Assembly: GCA_963817895.1 (NCBI GenBank)
Contig: CAWFQB010000004.1
Span: 64,001 to 128,000, forward strand
Direction: 5' to 3'
Length of the DNA stretch: 64,000 bases
DNA from: an uncultured Chthonomonadaceae bacterium
GTDB lineage: Bacteria; Armatimonadota; Chthonomonadetes; Chthonomonadales; Chthonomonadaceae
The notes beneath the pieces were generated by a model, which did not search any database, was not told the DNA's origin, and was given only the letters and a program-made list of their open reading frames with translations. This document shows, one piece after another, positions 53,178 through 62,459 of this stretch; within the stretch, counting starts at the first letter, position 1; every line of letters starts with the position of its first letter. Made by a program: the position numbers and the translations under genes.

Positions 53178-54553
53178 TTACGCGGCCTTATCCATCGTGC
53201 TTTTGTTGTCTCGCATCAACGCATCCAGGCAACGCAAGTGCAACTCCTGTTGTCCCATCAGTGAAGCAAGCCACTTTTTGCCTGAGTTTACCTGCTTGCC
53301 GTACCGCTGCAAGATTACTGCGCTTTCGCGGCCCTTGATCTCCTCTTGCTTTGCCAGCGTCAACGACTCCCAACGCCTATCTGCCTCCTCACGCTCACGT
53401 CGCACTGTTTCTGCCGCCTGGAAACGGTGTTGTGCCTTTCGTTTTTGTTTTGCTCCCTGTTCGATTTGCTCTGCTCCTTTTTCACGGGCGGCAATGTAGG
53501 CGAGCGGCAAATCGCGATGTGTGTCAAGGGCGGCTATGAGATAGCCAGCGGCATTCTCGAAATTGCAAAACGGCAGGGCGTCAATCCAGCCGAGGCAGCG
53601 TTCCTCTCCATGCTCCTTCACCAAGCGCGTTGCAGTGGACATAGGCTTTATGCCCTGCTCCATGAGTGACGCCACAGCCGCGCGGCCTGCCTGGAGCCTC
53701 ACCAGTTCTCCTGGCGTGTCCCCAGGCGCGATAATCTCCCCTACTGCCGTCATGTCCGACGCAGGGCGTGTGGAGGGACAGGCTCTCCCTTCGGTTGGAC
53801 GCCCAGTAGGGCGCTCAACCGTCTTGGTGGAACAGGTATTCCGAATCTCATTTTCAGAAACAACAACAACAAGCGCTTCCGCTTGCGACTGCGCTTTTGG
53901 TGGCGCGGGTGTCTTTGTTGTTGTCTTTGCTGTATTCTTTGTCGTAGTCTCTGCTGTAATCTCTGTTACAAGTTGTCCCGATTCGGTGACAACCAACTCA
54001 CCGTTTGGCATAATGTTCTCACCAAACGGTGAGAACCATTTTGCGCAGGCGGTGAGAACGTTGTCACCGTTTGGTGAGAACCACTTCCTCTCTCATCCGA
54101 TTCCGGTGATATGGTTCTCACGGTTTGGTGAGAACGCTTTTTGGAGTCGGACTGGTAGGGGTTTGTGGGCGGATTGGTGACGATCTCATCAAGCAGAGGC
54201 AACAGCACATCCCACACAATCCTAATGTGCGTGGTGGGGCTGCCATCAAACTTCCAGGTGCGAGTTTCGATAATGCCCTTGCTTTCCAGGAGGGGCAGCA
54301 GGCGGTCGGACTGGCGTGGAGAGATACGACACTCCTCCCACCAATCCTCACGCGCCTTCGCCAGCCACATGCACCCTTCGCGCTCGATCCTTAGTTTGCT
54401 GTGACCATGCTCATCCGGCAAGTACCAGTAAACAATCTGCGACAACAGTACGCCTGCGCTCAGATCACCCGCCACGTCAATATACATGCGCTTGACATCA
54501 ATGGCGTTGTGGGAGGCCCGCTCCCAGGCTAGGAATTCCCGGAGCGTTTTCAT
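53178..54553 (-). CDS. Phage-type replication initiator (O-like wHTH), frameshift near 54000
   Basis: AGVLLSQIVYWY..WLAKAREDWWEECRIS..LESKGIIE, a TEITAETTTK linker and C-terminal ENAAGYLIAAL; internal iterons. Confidence 0.78.
53972..54135. repeat. Iteron array / putative replication origin
   Basis: 22-bp quasi-palindromes GTT(C/G)TCACCGTTTGGTGAGAAC at 53972, 54015, 54060 and 54114, with degenerate copies between. Confidence 0.8.
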
Positions 54554-54831
54554 TTCACCGCCTCGCTTTCTAACCCGGCAAGCAACGCGATTGCAGTTGT
54601 CGTTTCGACAGCGGGCATGGTGGAAACGGCGAGGCGCAAATAGTGGATCATCGTGCGCGGAGACAGAAAGAGGGCGTGGGCAATCTCCTTGATGAAATGC
54701 CCCTGATCGGCAAAATGAAGAATTGTTGCCGCGCGCTTGCGCACGGAGTAAGGTTCAGGTAAAATAAAACACACGGCGAAAACCTCCTCGAAAGGTTTGT
54801 AGTCCAGGGCGTGATAGGTGCCGCACAACAC
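54550..54831 (-). CDS. Small LuxR-like HTH protein
   Basis: ADQGHFIKEIAHALFLSPRTMIHYL. Confidence 0.65.
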   Translation of the reverse strand: MLCGTYHALDYKPFEEVFAVCFILPEPYSVRKRAATILHFADQGHFIKEIAHALFLSPRTMIHYLRLAVSTMPAVETTTAIALLAGLESEAVK

Positions 54832-54852
54832 CTGTCACGCCCGATTTTATTT

Positions 54853-55971
54853 TTAGATGATGCGCGGCTTGCGCTGGCGCACCACCGCCTGCTTGCCCAA
54901 GATGCCCGCGAGAGGCGCAGCGGCCTCATGGACTTCTCGGTTGTGTTCCCGGTCGCTCTCGGCATAAATCTGCGTTGTTTTGAGCGACTCGTGCCCCAGT
55001 ATGTCCTTTGCCGCCAGAGTGCTACGCTTGGCAAGTTTAGTGCCGGTGAAGTGGCGCAGCGCGTGCGGCGTAAACCTCTTGGTGCCCGCGTATTTGACAA
55101 ACTTTTGAAAATGTTTGCCATAGTACGACACCGACAGCGGCTCTCCATTATGTGAGAAAAAGAGCAGGTCGGTTTTTAAGCCCAGTTTCGCGCGCACCTT
55201 GAGCCAGGCTTGCAGTAGCGTGGCCCATTCCGCTGAAATAGGTATGGTGCGCGGCTGTCCGGTTTTGCTCTTGCGTACAGTCGCTTCCTTAGCGTCGAAA
55301 TTAAGATCGTTAAGGGTGAGCGCCAGCAATTCGCCTTCGCGCACCCCCGTGTCCACCAAACCGGCAATGATACAATAATCGCGAGCGGCGTAGAAGCGGC
55401 GCTGCGGAGGCGTCAGGTAGCGCACATCCTCGTTTTTGCGTGGGTCGTAGCGCTCTTGGATTGCAGCCATTATAGCCGTCAACTCCGCCTGCGTGGGCAC
55501 GGGAATACTCACCTTATCAGGCTTGTCGATCTTGTATCCCGCAAGCGGGTTCCGGGCAATCAAACCGCGCAGTGAACAAAACTTGAAAAGCGCTGTCGCA
55601 GCGATCTTGTCGTGGTAGAGGGTGCCGTCCGCAACCGGCTTGCCCCTGCGCCCGCCGTTGGTTTTGCGCCACACAAGATATTCGTCCATCTGCTTCAAGC
55701 CAAACTGATGGAGCGTGACGCCCTGCTCCTCGCACCAGCGCACCAGAACGGTGAGTTGTGTGCGGTAGTAATGCAAAGTTTTTTCACGGGTTTCTGCGTG
55801 TTTGTGGACAATGAAATTGTCCACTGCCGTTTCCCAGGTCGCGTCCAGATTGCCTTTGTGCCTGCGTATTTGCCGCAGGGCTTTTTCCAGGACGAGGGCA
55901 AGTTCTTCGTTGCCCTCATTCTGCTCATTTGTCGTCTCGATCAGGTCAGCGAGACGGGTGGGGGTTGTCAT
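54853..55971 (-). CDS. Tyrosine recombinase / integrase
   Basis: TGVREGEL, KSKT, HALRH, LGH..TTQIY; RBS AGGAGG; adjacent to a tRNA 3' end. Confidence 0.95.
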   Translation of the reverse strand: MTTPTRLADLIETTNEQNEGNEELALVLEKALRQIRRHKGNLDATWETAVDNFIVHKHAETREKTLHYYRTQLTVLVRWCEEQGVTLHQFGLKQMDEYLVWRKTNGGRRGKPVADGTLYHDKIAATALFKFCSLRGLIARNPLAGYKIDKPDKVSIPVPTQAELTAIMAAIQERYDPRKNEDVRYLTPPQRRFYAARDYCIIAGLVDTGVREGELLALTLNDLNFDAKEATVRKSKTGQPRTIPISAEWATLLQAWLKVRAKLGLKTDLLFFSHNGEPLSVSYYGKHFQKFVKYAGTKRFTPHALRHFTGTKLAKRSTLAAKDILGHESLKTTQIYAESDREHNREVHEAAAPLAGILGKQAVVRQRKPRII

Positions 55972-56044
55972 ACCGAGTATCCTCCTAAAATGGTGTTTTT
56001 CACTCACAAGCAATGTGATTAACGGTCACAACTGGTAAAAACTT

Positions 56045-56078
56045 GAGGGGTAGAGAAAAATATTTTTCTCTACCCCTC
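56045..56078. repeat. Perfect 34-bp palindrome between tRNA and integrase
   Basis: GAGGGGTAGAGAAAAAT|ATTTTTCTCTACCCCTC, no loop. Confidence 0.85.
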
Positions 56079-56104
56079 CAAAAACTACGGTATTTAGTTT
56101 GAGA

Positions 56105-56177
56105 TGCGCCCGGAAAGATTCGAACTTTCGGCCTGCTGATCCGAAGTCAGCTGCTCTATCCACTGGGCTACGGGCGC
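56105..56177 (-). tRNA. tRNA-Arg (TCG)
   Basis: GCGCCCG acceptor stem, D loop AGTGGATA, anticodon loop CTTCGGA, T loop TTCGAAT; CCA not encoded. Confidence 0.95.
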
Positions 56178-56303
56178 AAACGAGAGCGTGTTATTACTCG
56201 TATCTTATTGTGACGGCTGGAAAGAGAATTGTCAAGGGCGAATTGGGAAAACCTGCGCGGGATTGTTTTAATACGGGGCAAAGCAGGCAAGGAACGGTTG
56301 GGT

Positions 56304-58482
56304 ATGGATAAAGCGAAATGGAAGAAACGGCTGGCAAAAACAATGCTTGTCGGTATGGGTACGGCAGGAGTAATCGGCGGTTGGGGCGCGTGGACGGTTT
56401 ACAGCGTGGCGCAGCATCTTCCAGTCATTACCAGTCTGACCGCGACACAGGCGAATCAAGCCACAACAATTGTTTCCAGCGACGGAATTCTCCTTGCCGC
56501 CCTCCGCACTCGTGATCAGCGCCCCGTTCGTTTGGACGCCATTGCGCCCCTGCTCGTCAGCGCCACTGTTGCCACCGAGGACAGCCGTTTTTACGACCAT
56601 AGCGGCGTGGACGGGCGCGGCGTGCTTCGCGCCCTGTTCGCCAATCTGCGCAGCGGGAACGGGCGCGGACAGGGCGGCAGCACCTTGACGCAGCAACTTG
56701 TTCGCAACCTCACGCTTTCCCGCGAGAAAACCTATCGCCGCAAAATCGCGGAAATGCTGCTCGCCCGCCGCATCGAAGCGCAGTTTTCCAAAAACGACAT
56801 ACTGGAAGCCTATCTCAATACCGTTTATTACGGCAGCGGCAATTATGGCGTGGAAGCCGCGGCGCGGGGTTACTTCGGCAAGTCGGTAAAAGATTTGACA
56901 TTGGGCGAGGCCGCGCTGCTTGCCGGGATTCCGCAACGGCCCTCCGCGTTTACGCCCACCACGCATCTGCGGGCGGCATTGGAGCGGCGGCAGGACGTGC
57001 TTGCCCGTCTCGCGGCCACCGGGCAAATCACGCCTGAACAGCGAACCCGCGCCGAAGCCGAACAGCCTCACATTCTGCGCCCCAACGTGGAGGGGCTGAA
57101 ATCGTGGAAAGCGCCGTACCTTGTGGCCGATGTCATCGCGAAATTGCGCGAACAGTACGGGCAGGAGTTCCTTTATTCTGGCGCGACCATAGAAACCACG
57201 ATTAACTGGCAGATGCAGCAGCAGGCGGAACAAACCCTGCGCGAAGCCGTTCAAAGCGGCAAAAAGTCCGGCGCGAACCCCAATACCGGCGCCATTGTCA
57301 GCCTTGACCCGCATACCGGCTATGTTCGCGCCCTCGTCGGCGGGCCGGACTTTCTGCGGGATCAGTTCGATGCCGTCACGCGGGGCATACGGCAGCCGGG
57401 TTCCGCCTTCAAGCCCCTGCTGTACGCGACCGCGTTCGATGCCGGACTGTGCAGCCTTGTCTCCACCTACAAAGACGCGCCCCTGATCTATCCGAGCGGC
57501 GGCAAAGATTACGTCGTACACAATTTCGACTCCGGCTATCGCGGCGAAGTCACCGTTCTGGACGCCCTGCGCCACTCGCTCAATACTGTTGCCGTCAAAA
57601 TCGGCGAAGATGTTGGCCCCGCGAATGTTGTCACCTGCGCCGAAAAATTAGGGATTCATACGCCGCTGGAGCCAACATTGCCTCTCGCGTTGGGAGCAAG
57701 CGGCGTACATCCGCTTGACCTGTGTTCCGCGTACACCGCTTTCGCCAATGGCGGCGACCGTTACGAGCCGACCCTGATTTCCAAAATAACGAGCGCGCGT
57801 GGCAAAATCGTATGGCAGGACGACCCTGTCACACGCCTCACCCCCCATTTTCTCAAGCCCCGTACCCTCGACCAGATCAACGTAGCCCTGCGCGAAGTGG
57901 TGACAAGCGGCACGGCGCAAACCGCCAATGTCATTCCCGACGCGCATGGCAAAACCGGAACCACCAACAGCCACCGCGACGCCTGGTTCGTGGGCTATAC
58001 GAGGGAACTGGCAACCGCTATCTGGGTCGCCCATTCCCGCAAAGAGACGCATCTTGAAAACGGCGTCACAACCGTTGTTACCCTGTACGCGCCGATGGAG
58101 GGCGCGACGGGCGGGCGTTTGTGCGCGCCAATGTGGGTAAAGTACATGCAGGCCGCGCTTCCCATTCAGCAAAAGGTAAATCAATCGCGCGGGATTACGC
58201 CCTGCATCGTGACGGCCCCGACAACGGAAGTTTTAGTCGCGGATTTACGCGCCGACGCCAAACGCCTTGCGGCGGAAAAAAGGGCGAAACACGCGGAAGG
58301 AATCGCTTCCAGTCGAACCCGGAGCCGTCATCCCCGACAACTACGAGCCGGCGGAAAACGGCAGCGCGCCGATTACAGTTACGGCTCCCAACGATGCGGA
58401 GGAAAAAACAACGGAAACCACGGGGAACACGGGGAGTACGGAAAAAGGGGAGGGGCAGAGGGAACCACAGGATAAACCGTAG
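56304..58482 (+). CDS. Class A penicillin-binding protein (PBP1A family), tail frameshift near 58310
   Basis: EDSRFYDH.GVD, QGGSTLTQQ, RK..E, QPGSAFKP, SLN and KTGT. Confidence 0.93.
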
Positions 58483-58555
58483 GGGCAAACCCCCGTGTTT
58501 GCCCCAATCTCGTGTTTGTCCGCGCCCGTGTTTGCCCCGCCTCTCATGTTTGCGC
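58479..58555. repeat. REP-like element with degenerate tandem half-copies
   Basis: GTAG-GGGCAAAC-ccccgt-GTTTGCCC followed by three CGTGTTTG(C/T)C-like copies. Confidence 0.65.
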
Positions 58556-58602
58556 GCGCCGCCGAAAGTTATTGTTTATAAACCGTAGCGCAAATCACTG
58601 AT

Positions 58603-59049
58603 TTAGAATTTTGGCGTGGTTCCCTGCATCATTCGTAATTGCGTGATCCTGCCCAGGTGGTAGGCGTCGTGAATCAGGTGGTAGCGAACGCGGTCAATAT
58701 CTTGATGCTCGTCCTGAATTGCGAACCCGATAGCTTCCTGTGTGTGCTTCAGCGCGGCAACGGTTTCGTTCCACGCGGCTTCGGTGACAAGAGCGGGCGC
58801 GGCAAATTCAAATTGTTCGATGGTTTGTTCGTCGGGCGCGTTCCCGCCAGCCATGCGCGTCAGGGTCACGGTTCGCCAGAAAGTGACGTGAACCACCTCC
58901 TGCCAGATGGAGTGACAACCGGGGTTGGGCGACCATGCGGCGTCCGTGGCGCTCAACTCCGCAAGGCTGTCCGGCCACGAAGGAATCCAGTTGCCCTCTT
59001 TCCACATGTCGTTCCAGAGTTCGAGCAGTTCTTTACGATCCAAAGCCAT
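58603..59049 (-). CDS. DinB/YfiT-family protein
   Basis: HSIWQEVVHVTFW..HDAYHLGRI. Confidence 0.85.
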   Translation of the reverse strand: MALDRKELLELWNDMWKEGNWIPSWPDSLAELSATDAAWSPNPGCHSIWQEVVHVTFWRTVTLTRMAGGNAPDEQTIEQFEFAAPALVTEAAWNETVAALKHTQEAIGFAIQDEHQDIDRVRYHLIHDAYHLGRITQLRMMQGTTPKF

Positions 59050-59203
59050 GTCCTCCCCTGATAATTATGGAGGCTACGCGCATGTACGCTGAACATGCCC
59101 GACGCATCCAATGCTGACAAATTCCTTGCAGTCAAAGTAGATGAACATAGATTATCGAGCGGAAAGCCAATTTCCTGCTTATTCAAGAAAATGGAGTGTC
59201 CAG

Positions 59204-59518
59204 ATGGGTTTTGACCAGTACCACGAGCCGCCGGGGGAACTGCCCGAAGAGACGCGCACGTTTGCGCGTATGATGCTGTCGCTGATCGAGGAGGCGCAGG
59301 CGATTGATTGGTATGAGCAGCGAATGGCGGTGGAAAAAGACCGGCAAGCCAAAGCCATCATGCAGAACGCCCAGCAGGAGGAGTTCAAGCACTTCGGAAT
59401 GGATTTAGAGTTTCTGCTGCGCAAAAAGCCGAAGTGGCAGGCCATTCTCCGCGAAATTCTCTTCACCGAAGGCGATATCGTCGAACATGGCGAAAAGGCG
59501 GAAGACGAGGCAAGCTGA
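59204..59518 (+). CDS. Encapsulin-associated-type ferritin-like protein
   Basis: YHEP..L, SLIEEAQAIDWYEQR, EEFKHF..LEFL and LFTEGDI. Confidence 0.85.
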   Translation: MGFDQYHEPPGELPEETRTFARMMLSLIEEAQAIDWYEQRMAVEKDRQAKAIMQNAQQEEFKHFGMDLEFLLRKKPKWQAILREILFTEGDIVEHGEKAEDEAS

Positions 59519-59549
59519 TACGCGACAAAGAGCCTAATTTCGATAGGTT

Positions 59550-59591
59550 CCCCTTCTCCCAAGTTTGGGAGAAGGGGTTAGGGGTTGAGGG
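59550..59591. repeat. REP-like palindrome with G-rich tail
   Basis: CCCCTTCTCCCAA..TTGGGAGAAGGGG-TTAGGGGTTGAGGG; related to 63794-63843. Confidence 0.7.
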
Positions 59592-59639
59592 CCATTTGGA
59601 ATACAATCGGCAATTTTCCCAAATCAAGGAGAGCAGTTT

Positions 59640-60443
59640 ATGAACCGAATGTTGATTTTGTTGGCAATCTTTCTACTGGCGCGGGTTCCCGCCTCGGCGC
59701 AGGATTGGGCCAAAGCGCGGCTGGAAAAATCGCCGCGCCATCAGGAGTGGGTGAAGATCAAGCAGGGCAAGCGGGAAGTGCAGAGTTTCGTGGTCTACCC
59801 GGAAGTGAAAGACAAAGCAATGGCGGTTGTCATCGTCCATGAGATTTTCGGCCTGAGCGATTGGGTGCGGGGCGTGGCCGATCAGCTTGCCGAAGCCGGA
59901 TACATCGCTATCGCGCCCGACCTGCTTTCCGGCCTGGGGCCGAAGGGCGGCGGAACGGCGGAGTTAGGCGGCCCGGATGCGGCGGTAAAATACATCTCCA
60001 TGCTGCCGCCCGAACAGGTGACAGCCGACCTGAACGCGGTCACAAAGTACGTGACGAAACTGCCCGCCTGCAACGGCAAGGTAGCGGTGGCGGGGTTCTG
60101 TTGGGGCGGCGGGCAGGCGTTCCGATTCGCCACCAACAACAAGAGCGTAAAAGCCGCCTTCGTATTCTACGGGCCGGGGCCAACGGCGGAAGCGGACATG
60201 GCCCGTATCATGTGTCCGGTCTACGGTTTTTATGCAGGCAACGACGCCCGCATCGGCGCGACCCTTCCCACTACCACCGAACTGGCGAAGAAACTGAACA
60301 AGACCTACGAGCCGGTGACGTATGACGGCGCGGGACACGGCTTTATGCGCGCCGGGGAAGCCCCCGATGCCAACGCCGCCAACAAAAAAGCCCGCGACGA
60401 CGCCTGGGAACGCTGGAAAACCCTGCTAAAGGGCGTTGGATAA
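59640..60443 (+). CDS. Dienelactone hydrolase family protein (exported)
   Basis: Signal peptide, HEIFG, GFCWGG and GAGHGF. Confidence 0.93.
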   Translation: MNRMLILLAIFLLARVPASAQDWAKARLEKSPRHQEWVKIKQGKREVQSFVVYPEVKDKAMAVVIVHEIFGLSDWVRGVADQLAEAGYIAIAPDLLSGLGPKGGGTAELGGPDAAVKYISMLPPEQVTADLNAVTKYVTKLPACNGKVAVAGFCWGGGQAFRFATNNKSVKAAFVFYGPGPTAEADMARIMCPVYGFYAGNDARIGATLPTTTELAKKLNKTYEPVTYDGAGHGFMRAGEAPDANAANKKARDDAWERWKTLLKGVG

Positions 60444-61463
60444 CTTTACATTCACAACTTGTAGTTCAAACGCCTGCGCAACCAACTCGTAGGAGCGCAG
60501 GCGTTCCTGCTGTCCGTAGGTAAAGGTTGTCACCATCACCTCATCGGCCATCGTTCGCGTAACTAAATTCTCAATGCGCTGCTTGACTGTTGCGGGCGAA
60601 CCCACGATGTGCAGGGGGCGAATGGATTCCACAACGGCGCGTTCCTGCGGCGTAAAGGGATAGGCCAGCGCATCGTCGGGACGGAGCAGGATAGATTTTT
60701 GCCCTGTGCGCAGGCGGACAAACGCGACAAGCAGACTGGACGCCAAACGTTCGGCCTCCGCATCTGTATCGGCGCACACGACGGAAACGGTCAGAATGGC
60801 GTGGGGCTGCCGCAACGCGCCGGGAGTGAACTGTTCGCGATACGCGCGCAGGGAGGCTTCCGGGGGAAAGTCGCTGAAGTGCGCGGCGAACGCATAACCC
60901 ATACCGAGCATGGCCGCAAGCTGCGCGCTGAAATCGCTTGACCCGAGCAGCCACAGCGGGGGCAGGGGAACATCCGGGGGCATGGCGGCAACCGTCGCCG
61001 TAGAATTGCGAACCGAAAGGCTGCCCCTTCCGAACGCCACCAACTCGGCAAGCCGGTCAGGAAAATCATCGGCGTGAAGCGACTCGCGGGAACCCCGCAA
61101 CGCCAATGCCGTCGCGGGATCGGTTCCGGGCGCGCGTCCGAGTCCCAGATCAATGCGCCCCGGATGCAGCGACTCCAGCATCTTGAAACTCTCGGCAACC
61201 TTGAGCGGGGCGTGGTTGGGCAGCATCACGCCGCCCGACCCGACCCGGATATGCCGCGTCTGCTCTGCCGTCAGCGCGATCATGATTTCCGGCGTCGTGC
61301 TGACTACAGTGGGCATGTTGTGGTGTTCGGCAAACCAGTAGCGCGTGTAGCCAAGCTGATCGGCAAAACGCGCAAGTTCAAGGCTGTTGCGCAAGGCCTG
61401 ATGACTGGTGGAATCATCGGCAAGCGGAATTAAATCTAAAACGGAGAGTGGCAGGTTCATCAT
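60426..61463 (-). CDS. LLM-class flavin-dependent oxidoreductase (luciferase-like)
   Basis: LSVLDL, WFAEHH, GSGGVMLPNH, GRIDLGLGRAPG and LWLLGSS. Confidence 0.93.
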   Translation of the reverse strand: MMNLPLSVLDLIPLADDSTSHQALRNSLELARFADQLGYTRYWFAEHHNMPTVVSTTPEIMIALTAEQTRHIRVGSGGVMLPNHAPLKVAESFKMLESLHPGRIDLGLGRAPGTDPATALALRGSRESLHADDFPDRLAELVAFGRGSLSVRNSTATVAAMPPDVPLPPLWLLGSSDFSAQLAAMLGMGYAFAAHFSDFPPEASLRAYREQFTPGALRQPHAILTVSVVCADTDAEAERLASSLLVAFVRLRTGQKSILLRPDDALAYPFTPQERAVVESIRPLHIVGSPATVKQRIENLVTRTMADEVMVTTFTYGQQERLRSYELVAQAFELQVVNVKLSNAL

Positions 61464-61591
61464 AGCGTTTTCTACGAATCGCCGCGCCCGAATGTGGCAG
61501 GCGCAACAACAATGCCCCGCTCTGTTATCAGGCAGAGCGGGGCGTCGTAATCTCACAGCGGCATCCGGGTTTATCGCGCCGCGTTTTCAGG

Positions 61592-62146
61592 TTACGCCGA
61601 GGTTTCTTCCGGCTGCGCAGACGCGGTTATCTCCTGCGGCGCATTTTGGGACGCGGGCTGTACAGTTTGCGGCACATTCGCGCTGTTGTTGACGGCGATG
61701 CGAACGGGCCGATGCTTCTGCGCTTTGAGGAAGCGCATGCACAGCAGGCCGTTCTCATATTTCGCCTGCGACTGCTCCGCCTGTACCCCGCAGGGAAGCC
61801 CGAACGTGAACGAGAAACGTCCGAAGCGCGGAATACCTTGCAGATGCCGCGTCATGTTCTCTTCAGGTTCAAAGCACAGGAACGAGTTCTGCTCGCCCGT
61901 AAGCGTGAGTTGGTCTTCCAGTATTTGAATGTCCAGTTTGTCGGCATCAAGGCCGGGCAGACTGGCGGCAATAATCACTTCCTCGTTCGTTTCGTAAATG
62001 TCTACCGGGGGAACGTAGGAGTTGACCTCGCCGAAAAGTTTGCTGATGGGCGTGTGTCCCATCGGAGTCATAAACCAGTCCCACATGCGGGATTGCACAG
62101 GGTCAATTGCGCCGAACGGGTTGCGACGCATCAGAGAAGTAGTCAT
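61592..62146 (-). CDS. Hsp20 / alpha-crystallin small heat-shock protein
   Basis: PPVDIYET..LPG..G.F..LP..A.YENGLL. Confidence 0.9.
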   Translation of the reverse strand: MTTSLMRRNPFGAIDPVQSRMWDWFMTPMGHTPISKLFGEVNSYVPPVDIYETNEEVIIAASLPGLDADKLDIQILEDQLTLTGEQNSFLCFEPEENMTRHLQGIPRFGRFSFTFGLPCGVQAEQSQAKYENGLLCMRFLKAQKHRPVRIAVNNSANVPQTVQPASQNAPQEITASAQPEETSA

Positions 62147-62459
62147 TGCTGTTACCTCCTTAACACATTCTCAACAGGTTAGACGATAGGATAAGCGGCT
62201 TTGCGCCTGCTTTCATCTAATATTACGGAACACCAATACCGTTGTGTTCCCAAATTTTCAGACTTTTCAAAATTTTACACGGAATTTGTGCCGAGCAGAC
62301 GCGAGGAAATTAGAGCGGCAAATGGCGCGGCGAAGGTTAAATTTTGCTGTATCTCCCGTTTCCTCATCTTTTGGTGTACCATAACGGATGGGAGCGGAGG
62401 CTTCAATGACGAACATACTCCTGCCGCTCACTACGGAAAGTTGAATAGTACCCTTTCGC

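Larger units (their letters stand above)
2230..56104. mobile_element. tRNA-Arg-integrated genomic island (probably composite; left boundary uncertain)
   Basis: Integrase at the tRNA 3' end; replication, defence, IS and remnant genes; core genes resume at 56.3 kb; second att site not found. Confidence 0.65.

Noticed and set aside
56045..56078. Protelomerase (hairpin telomere) site
   Set aside because: The adjacent enzyme looks like an ordinary tyrosine integrase, and similar palindromes recur elsewhere in the island.
56268..57575. Long antisense ORFs (435 aa here; also 62201-63367 and 62814-63767)
   Set aside because: Shadow or alternative frames of GC-rich PBP and MFS genes with no motifs.
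62146..62225. CIRCE or RNA thermometer upstream of Hsp20
   Set aside because: No TTAGCACTC-N9-GAGTGCTAA, and the weak hairpin present does not cover the Shine-Dalgarno sequence.
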